This document shows, one piece after another, positions 51,470 through 57,297 of a DNA stretch of 57,297 nucleotides. How positions within the stretch are numbered: position 1 is the stretch's first letter; the number at the start of each line of letters is the position of its first letter. The DNA is taken from IMG/VR virus record IMGVR_UViG_3300028146_000002, positions 1-57,297 of that record. One strand, 5' to 3'. The notes below the pieces were generated by a model. The model had not been told where the DNA came from. It saw nothing but the letters and a program-made list of their open reading frames with translations, and did not search any database. Source of the DNA: a virus. A program made the translations under genes and the position numbers.

Positions 51470-54283
51470 ATGTATATGATTCGGAACGGGGGCCAGTGGG
51501 CAGACAAGAAGACGGGCAAAATCTACGGCAACGGGCTTTCGTATCACTACGAGGAAATGCGTAAGCTGCTTTGGCCGCATCTGGATTCACACAGGTGGCA
51601 TGTGTTGTGTCGGGATGAAATCCTGAAGAATAAAATTACAGTCCTCATGGGGCCTGGCTCAAGTGCCAAAACGCATTCAGCGGCATGGATCTATTTGTGT
51701 GAATATTTGTGCCTGCCAGATGAGACGTTGGTTCTCGTAAGCTCCACAGATATGCGCGGGCTTCGGTTGCGTGTGTGGGGTGAGATTTCCGATCTGTGGC
51801 AAAAGGCGCTCGACAAATACGATTACCTTCCAGGGAACTTGCTTGATAGCCGAGTCGCAATCACGACGGACATGCTTGAAGATGACGATTACGACGATGT
51901 GCGCCGAGTGCGTGATATGCGCAAGGGCATCATTGGTATTCCAACAATTCAGGGCGGCAAAAATGTGGGCATCGGAAAATGGTGCGGGGTAAAGCAAAAG
52001 CGAGTGCGATTGGTCGCGGACGAAGCCTGCTTCCCTGCTGGTCAAATGGTAGATACCCCAACGGGCCGAAGGCCGATTGAATCCATCAAGGGTGGCGATT
52101 TGGTTTTCAGTGCTGCCGGAATCTGTTGCGTGCGTGCAACAATGTCGCGCACCGTTCATGCATTACTGCGAATCAAAACCAGAAGCGGGCAAACGATAAC
52201 CTGCACGCCGGCGCACCCAATTTTTACATCAAATGGGTGGAAATGTGCTTGCCATCTCAACCAAGGAGATATTATGGTAAGCACATATGAAGCAATGTCA
52301 ATTTTGCGGGAAGGAATACCAACCAGTCAGCAACAACAAGGCGTGTCCGGAGTGTCGCGAGAAGATGATATATCGGAACTGCAAGCAGTGTGGACAACGG
52401 TTCCAGAAATCTCGAATCAACGACACCGTGGAATTTTGCGGAAGGAGTTGCACCGGGAAATGGGCATTAACCAATCCAGAGCGACGGGCGAAGTTCTTCA
52501 CCGAGGCGCGCACTCAGAAAATTCAGCAGTCGCGCAAGGAGTTGTTTGCGGCCCACCCGGAACGCTTTGTCGAGATGCGAGCCAAGATTGGAGAGGGCGC
52601 GAGAAAGTTCAATGCGTCATTGACGATGGAGCAGCGGATCGAGCGCGGCAAGCAGTCGAGCCTTCGGATGAAGGCGCTCGGCCACAAACCGAAAGTGCGC
52701 GGCGGGAATGGAACTGGACCAACGCAAGCGGAGTCGCTGCTTCTCAAATTGCTTCCCGATGCAGCGTGGAACTATCCAGTCAGAACCGGGATGAAAAGCG
52801 GAAGCGGATTTCCAACTTCTTACAAACTGGATCTGGCGATGCCATCAATCAAGTTGGGGATCGAAGCCGATGGGGCATCTCACAAGATGTTTTCACGCGC
52901 ACAGCAGGACGCGAAGAAGGTTTCATTTCTGGCAACGATAGGGTGGATAGTGTTGAGGTTCTCAAACAAAAGGATTTTGAACGATACGGAGGCAGTGAAA
53001 GCGGAGTTGTCGTCTATAATCTTGAGATTGAAGGACACCCAAGTTACTCCGTAAACGGATTCTTGGTTCACAATTCACTGATGGGTCCATCGTTCCTCAG
53101 TGCTTTTTCAAATCTTAATAACAATGCAGATTTCAGAGCAATCATACTCGGAAATCCTGTTGATATAACCGATCCTCTCGGAATCGCTGCCGAACCCATT
53201 GATGGATGGGGCACCGCAACGATGGACACCGAAAAAACCATCGTGTGGGACACGAAGTTTATGAACGGTCGGTGCGTCAACTTAATCGGCACCGATAGCC
53301 CAAATTTCGACTACCCAGAAGGAGAAAAAGAAAAGTTCCCGTATCTTATCGGCCCTCGAAAGATTCGGGAAATTCTCAGCGGGTTCTCCAAAGACTCGCC
53401 CGAGTTTTACAGTCAAGCAGTCGGCAGCATGAAGATTAGCCAGATGGCTCGCCGCGTCATCACGCGGTTGCTCTGTCGTAAGTATGGCGCATTGGATCAA
53501 CCAATCTGGAAAGGCACCAGCCGCACCAAGATTTGCTCACTGGACGCAGCGTATGGTGGCGACCGCTGTATGATTGGGTGGGGCGAGTTCGGTGCTGACG
53601 TGAACGGCAAGGACATCCTGGCCGCATATCCGCCCGTAGTCGTGCCGATTATCGTGGGCAAGGATGATGTTGAGGATCAGATTTCAAAGTTCGTCAAACG
53701 CTTCTGCGAGGACAATGGCATCCCGCCTGAGAATTTCTTTCACGACTCAACGGGACGCGGCACGCTCGGCACCGCCCTTGCCCGCCATTGGTCGAATGCC
53801 TGTAACCCGGTTGAATTCGGCGGCAAGCCTACGGCGCGACCAGTGTCGCTGGATATGTTCGTCATGGATGAGGAAACGAAGGTGCGCCGGCTGAAACTCT
53901 CGTTCGAGCACTATTACAATTTCGTCAGCGAACTCTGGTATGCCGTGCGCTACACCATTGAGGCGAACCAGCTTCGGGCGCTCAGTGAGGAAGTGATGGA
54001 TGAGGGTTGCAAGCGCGAATGGGATTGGGTTCCCAAGGGTGGCATGAAGGTCATCCAGGTCGAGCCGAAGGAGATAATGAAGGAACGGACACGGCAATCC
54101 CCGGACCAGTTTGATCAGTTGGCGATTCTGGTCGAGGGCGCCCGTCGTAAGGGCTTCCAAATCTCCAAGCTGGCTAATTCATCGGTTGAGGTTGATGATG
54201 ATGCTCTGGACGCGGATGAAGAAGCGTACCAGAATGTATTGAAGAAATCGCTGCTACAACACGAACAGTATGCTATGGCTTAA
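51470..54283 (+). CDS. terL: Terminase large subunit interrupted by an intein
   Basis: Walker A GPGSSAKT. Walker B LVADEA is followed by an intein Cys. After HN|S the frame resumes SLMGPSFLSAFSNLNNNADFRAIILGNPVD. The start at 51470 is inferred. Confidence 0.85.
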   Translation: MYMIRNGGQWADKKTGKIYGNGLSYHYEEMRKLLWPHLDSHRWHVLCRDEILKNKITVLMGPGSSAKTHSAAWIYLCEYLCLPDETLVLVSSTDMRGLRLRVWGEISDLWQKALDKYDYLPGNLLDSRVAITTDMLEDDDYDDVRRVRDMRKGIIGIPTIQGGKNVGIGKWCGVKQKRVRLVADEACFPAGQMVDTPTGRRPIESIKGGDLVFSAAGICCVRATMSRTVHALLRIKTRSGQTITCTPAHPIFTSNGWKCACHLNQGDIMVSTYEAMSILREGIPTSQQQQGVSGVSREDDISELQAVWTTVPEISNQRHRGILRKELHREMGINQSRATGEVLHRGAHSENSAVAQGVVCGPPGTLCRDASQDWRGREKVQCVIDDGAADRARQAVEPSDEGARPQTESARREWNWTNASGVAASQIASRCSVELSSQNRDEKRKRISNFLQTGSGDAINQVGDRSRWGISQDVFTRTAGREEGFISGNDRVDSVEVLKQKDFERYGGSESGVVVYNLEIEGHPSYSVNGFLVHNSLMGPSFLSAFSNLNNNADFRAIILGNPVDITDPLGIAAEPIDGWGTATMDTEKTIVWDTKFMNGRCVNLIGTDSPNFDYPEGEKEKFPYLIGPRKIREILSGFSKDSPEFYSQAVGSMKISQMARRVITRLLCRKYGALDQPIWKGTSRTKICSLDAAYGGDRCMIGWGEFGADVNGKDILAAYPPVVVPIIVGKDDVEDQISKFVKRFCEDNGIPPENFFHDSTGRGTLGTALARHWSNACNPVEFGGKPTARPVSLDMFVMDEETKVRRLKLSFEHYYNFVSELWYAVRYTIEANQLRALSEEVMDEGCKREWDWVPKGGMKVIQVEPKEIMKERTRQSPDQFDQLAILVEGARRKGFQISKLANSSVEVDDDALDADEEAYQNVLKKSLLQHEQYAMA
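52028..53074 (+). mobile_element. Intein (349 codons) inserted after Walker B of terL
   Basis: Block A CFPAGQMVDT, block B TCTPAHP, and blocks F/G VYNLEIEGHPSYSVNGFLVHN followed by +1 Ser. Confidence 0.85.
52287..53054 (+). CDS. Zinc-ribbon plus Vsr/DUF559-like PD-(D/E)xK nuclease ORF in the +1 frame of the intein (candidate nested homing endonuclease)
   Basis: CQFCG..CPEC and CKQCG..CGRSC zinc ribbons. TQAESLLLKLL...YKLDLAMPSIKLGIEADGASH...DAKKVSFLATIGWIVLRFSN is the DUF559 pattern. Confidence 0.65.
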   Translation: MKQCQFCGKEYQPVSNNKACPECREKMIYRNCKQCGQRFQKSRINDTVEFCGRSCTGKWALTNPERRAKFFTEARTQKIQQSRKELFAAHPERFVEMRAKIGEGARKFNASLTMEQRIERGKQSSLRMKALGHKPKVRGGNGTGPTQAESLLLKLLPDAAWNYPVRTGMKSGSGFPTSYKLDLAMPSIKLGIEADGASHKMFSRAQQDAKKVSFLATIGWIVLRFSNKRILNDTEAVKAELSSIILRLKDTQVTP

Positions 54284-54572
54284 GAGTCTGTTGGCTTGCC
54301 CACCGGGCGAATTCAGTTATGCGCAAGGCAGCCGTCAATTTGATCGGACGCCGCTCATCCACGAGCTTGCGAAGGCTGTTGCCGATTTTCGGAAAGGAAA
54401 CAACCTTCCGCGTGCGACTAAAGTTGAAGCCCTCGAAGACATCATCGTTTACACTGTCGCGCGTATTGGGGGTAATCCGGAATTCTGCTATGAAACAGAT
54501 TTGTCGCCGGGGCAACTATTGCAAAGTGAAAGCCCCGGAGCATGTGCCGGATGTGGCGCGAGCCTAACATGA
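54270..54572 (+). CDS. Hypothetical protein (start uncertain)
   Basis: 100-aa ORF that overlaps the terL stop. Confidence 0.4.
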   Translation: MLWLKSLLACPPGEFSYAQGSRQFDRTPLIHELAKAVADFRKGNNLPRATKVEALEDIIVYTVARIGGNPEFCYETDLSPGQLLQSESPGACAGCGASLT

Positions 54573-54931
54573 TTCTGCATCGAATAGAGAAACGTGAGAA
54601 TGGTCCAGACTTAATGTTCTGGTGCCCCGGCTGCCAGTGCGGGCATGGCGTGCGGACGCGTAGTGAAAAAGGGCCGAAATGGACCTTCAATGGTAACTTT
54701 GAAAAACCTACGTTTTCTCCATCGCTTAAAGTAGAAGGAGTGGAGATGACTGCCGCAGGCAAGGCGGATTACGAAGCATGGTGCAAGGCTGGACATCCAG
54801 ATCGAAATGGGAAGGAATTCGAATCAAAGCCGACATGTTGCCATAGCGTTGTTACGGATGGCGTCATAAACTTCTGCGGAGATTGCACCCACCGACTATC
54901 TGGCCAATCCGTTCCGATGGAGGATTTCTAA
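54569..54931 (+). CDS. DUF6527-like zinc-binding protein
   Basis: ATGA-coupled start. FWCPGCQCGH ... WTFNGNFEKPTFSPS ... CHS.V.DG.I.F.GDC. Confidence 0.5.
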   Translation: MILHRIEKRENGPDLMFWCPGCQCGHGVRTRSEKGPKWTFNGNFEKPTFSPSLKVEGVEMTAAGKADYEAWCKAGHPDRNGKEFESKPTCCHSVVTDGVINFCGDCTHRLSGQSVPMEDF

Positions 54932-54932
54932 C

Positions 54933-55280
54933 ATGAGCGTCCTTCGTTCATGGCTGGGAGATGGCGGCTTACCCGTGGAAACTGAGTTGGCCAATCGTCG
55001 TGCGGGAATCTGTCGTAACTGCCCCGAGAACCGTTCGCCACGCTGGTGGGAATTGCATTCCAATTACATCGCCTCGTGGATTCGGATGGCTTTGGCGCTC
55101 AAGAACGGTCTCGGCTACGTCGTGGACCGTGAGGACGATCTGCACATGTGCCGCAAATGTGGGTGCGCGTTGCCGCTGAAGGTGCATGTGCCTATGTCTC
55201 ATATTCGCGCCCATGTGTCCGACGAAAACCTCAAGCAATATCCGGCATTCTGTTGGCAGCGAATCGAATCAAATCTATGA
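54933..55280 (+). CDS. Hypothetical Cys-rich protein
   Basis: 115 aa with CRNCPEN and CRKCGC. Confidence 0.4.
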   Translation: MSVLRSWLGDGGLPVETELANRRAGICRNCPENRSPRWWELHSNYIASWIRMALALKNGLGYVVDREDDLHMCRKCGCALPLKVHVPMSHIRAHVSDENLKQYPAFCWQRIESNL

Positions 55281-55549
55281 AAACTTCTGATAACACCACG
55301 ATCAAAGTCACGGGTATCAACATCAAGGTTAAGGGGCAATCACTGGCTTTGACGGTGGAAGAAGCGTGGGAATTAAAGAGAGAGTTGGACGGCTTGCTGG
55401 AGGTTAAGATGTATCAGCCGTGGGTTCCATACCACGTCCATCATATCCACCATTATCCGCTGCCGACATTTACTCGCCCCTACGAAATCACCTGCGGCGG
55501 ACTTGGAAATGGAATTGCAGGCTTCAACACAATGGAAAGACTGACATGA
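55277..55549 (+). CDS. Hypothetical protein
   Basis: ATGA-coupled at both ends. Confidence 0.4.
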   Translation: MKTSDNTTIKVTGINIKVKGQSLALTVEEAWELKRELDGLLEVKMYQPWVPYHVHHIHHYPLPTFTRPYEITCGGLGNGIAGFNTMERLT

Positions 55550-57297
55550 ATTTCGGGGACATGCAGAAAGTTTTGGCCACCATTCAGGCCACCGATAGCG
55601 CGGCATGGATTCGGGCCGAGAATCGCAAGCGGATTTACGCGCTGTTCAATGGCGACCCGCTCATCAGTGAAGCGGATGCTCAGCGCATGGGATTAAGGGT
55701 GAGGGTCAACTGGGGTGAGGCAGCGGTCCTCGGGCAGCATGGTCGTCGGCAATACACGAATGCGTTCCTGTCGCGCGGCAACTTCTTCAAGGTCAGCATC
55801 CCGGATGCGCCCGAGGACAAGGCGTCATCGTGGCAATCATTCATCACGCGCAAGATTAACAAGATCCTCAAGGACTGCGAAGCGTATCTGGACCTGCACG
55901 ACGAGCAATGGGGCAGCGTGCTCATCCAGGGTTACGGCATCAAGTTCAACGAGCACCCTGAGAATTGGTTGCCATCGTTCATTGCGATTGAAGATTTCCG
56001 CGTGCCCACCGATACCCAATGCAATCTAGAGAACCTCGTATGGTGCGCCATTCGCAAGAGCTACACCGAAGGCGAATTGTCCAAGAAAGTATTCGGCAAG
56101 AATTCCGACCCCGGTTGGCAAAAGCCGCTCATCTCGCAGATCCTCGACAAGTATCACAACTACAACACACAGGGCACGACCTACAATTGGAACACTGACC
56201 CGGAGAAGATGGCGGAACTCATCAAACAGAATGGTGGTTACTACGCCTCTGATGCCGTGCCGACAATTCCGCTGTGGCATTTCTATTTCAAGGCCGATGA
56301 TGGCAAATGGTATCTGAGGGTTGTGCCAGACCAGAACACGCTCGGATCGCCGCAAACTTCGGACTTCCTTTACACGTCCAAGAAGCCGTTTGCCCGCAAG
56401 CGTGAGCACTTCCTGCAAATCCAGTATGGCGATCTGAACACCAAGGCGCCGTACATGTATCACTCGGTTCGGTCGCTCGGGTTTCTGCTCATGGAGCCGT
56501 GCTTTTTCTCGAATCTCACCCGCTGCCGTGCGGTCCAGCACTTGCATGAGATGATGAATATCTGGCTGCGGTCGAGTGACCCGGCAGGCCGCGGCAAGGC
56601 TCGCAAGGTCGAACTGTACGATCGGTGCCACATTCCCGAAGGCGTCAGTATTGTGCCGCAGTCCGAGCGTCATCAGGTAGACCAGGCGTTTGCTGAATGG
56701 ATTACGCAAGACCTGAAAGGGCTACAACGCGAGGCGAGTGTCAGTTACACACAGGACACCGAGAGCCAGCAGGGTGACGAGACGGCCACGGCAGTCATGG
56801 CGCGCGTCTCGTCAGTCAATGCGATGATGAGCGGGCTGCTCGCCAAAGCGTATCGCAAGGAGAAGTTCGCTTACATCGAGATTTGCCGACGCTTGTGCCT
56901 CGCTGGCAGCCAGAACGAGGACGCTCGCCGGTTCCAAGCCGATTGCCGAAAGGCTGGCATCCCGCGCATGTTCGTCAACGTGGACATGTGGGAAGTCGAA
57001 CCGGAAATTCCAATGGGATCAGGCAACCCAACCATGGAGCAGGCCATCACACAGCAGCTTTTGGGAATGCGGCCGATGTTTGGAGGTCAGGCGCAGCAGG
57101 AGATTCTGCACGAGGCCACAATTGCCATCACGGGCGACTACCGAAAGGCTGACCGATGGGCACCCATTGATCAGCAGCAGGGCATCACCGACGCGCAGGA
57201 ACATGCTGAACTCGCCTTCAGCACCCTCATGCTCGGCGTTCCGATTCAAGGCAAGCAGGGCCTTAATCCGATTGACCAGATTGACACGTTGCTCGGG
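55546..57297 (+). CDS. Portal protein, N-terminal 584 codons; the frame continues across the circular junction to the stop at 577
   Basis: ATG at 55546 overlaps the upstream stop (ATGA). I translated it by hand and found no stop up to the window end. The frame is in phase with ORF 59..577, giving about 733 aa in total. It lies a few small genes downstream of terL. The call rests on size and position. Confidence 0.6.
   Translation, partial: MNFGDMQKVLATIQATDSAAWIRAENRKRIYALFNGDPLISEADAQRMGLRVRVNWGEAAVLGQHGRRQYTNAFLSRGNFFKVSIPDAPEDKASSWQSFITRKINKILKDCEAYLDLHDEQWGSVLIQGYGIKFNEHPENWLPSFIAIEDFRVPTDTQCNLENLVWCAIRKSYTEGELSKKVFGKNSDPGWQKPLISQILDKYHNYNTQGTTYNWNTDPEKMAELIKQNGGYYASDAVPTIPLWHFYFKADDGKWYLRVVPDQNTLGSPQTSDFLYTSKKPFARKREHFLQIQYGDLNTKAPYMYHSVRSLGFLLMEPCFFSNLTRCRAVQHLHEMMNIWLRSSDPAGRGKARKVELYDRCHIPEGVSIVPQSERHQVDQAFAEWITQDLKGLQREASVSYTQDTESQQGDETATAVMARVSSVNAMMSGLLAKAYRKEKFAYIEICRRLCLAGSQNEDARRFQADCRKAGIPRMFVNVDMWEVEPEIPMGSGNPTMEQAITQQLLGMRPMFGGQAQQEILHEATIAITGDYRKADRWAPIDQQQGITDAQEHAELAFSTLMLGVPIQGKQGLNPIDQIDTLLG
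57171..57297. repeat. Right copy of the 127-bp terminal direct repeat
   Basis: Identical to 1..127. Confidence 0.95.

Noticed and set aside
52263-52276. AAGGAGATATTATG inside the intein, in the terL frame. It looks like a perfect Shine-Dalgarno sequence plus ATG that could restart translation and make the intein functionally split.
   Set aside because: It may simply be the codons for QGDIM. There is no stop upstream to define a split gene. I noted it only as something to keep in mind when testing the nested-nuclease model.
1-57297. A search for CRISPR arrays, rRNA, transposase/IS ends, and toxin-antitoxin or known defence-system signatures.
   Set aside because: I saw no regularly spaced repeats, no rRNA-like conserved blocks, no transposase motifs and no recognisable defence-gene motifs. 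The only mobile elements supported are the intein with its nested nuclease and the HNH genes.

Overview
The first 127 bp are identical to the last 127 bp (1..127 = 57171..57297). The window is therefore one circularly closed phage genome of about 57,170 bp, and the portal gene runs across the junction. I found no rRNA, tRNA or CRISPR array. The phage looks temperate, because it carries a tyrosine integrase followed by a terminator. The main blocks are as follows. (i) A plus-strand early/replication block (1945..15394) holds a beta-clamp homologue, an Erf annealase, a YqaJ exonuclease, an SF2 helicase, a zinc-finger/Toprim primase, an amino-methyltransferase, a C5-cytosine methyltransferase and a RusA-like resolvase. 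(ii) Two unusually long structured non-coding stretches lie at 14160..14693 and 15395..16062. (iii) A small divergent accessory/control region lies at 16063..19154. (iv) The integrase lies at 19396..20331. (v) Minus-strand late genes run from 51262 down to 20822. They encode podovirus-like nozzle and internal virion proteins, a putative capsid protein, two paralogous fibres, and membrane or secreted proteins. (vi) A 9.7-kb plus-strand block (31047..40794) sits inside the late genes and carries HNH genes, a translationally coupled glycosyltransferase/methyltransferase operon and a scaffold-like gene. (vii) terL through portal lies at 51470..57297 and continues to 577. The most unusual signals are two long same-strand dual-frame loci. 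One is a Vsr/DUF559-type nuclease ORF in the +1 frame of an intein that interrupts terL, while the intein frame stays open. The other is a roughly 330-codon WPTP-repeat ORF in the +1 frame of the whole dcm gene, with family-like motifs in both frames. In addition, a RusA-like gene has its N- and C-terminal motifs in different frames. All functional calls come from reading motifs by eye. No database search was run.
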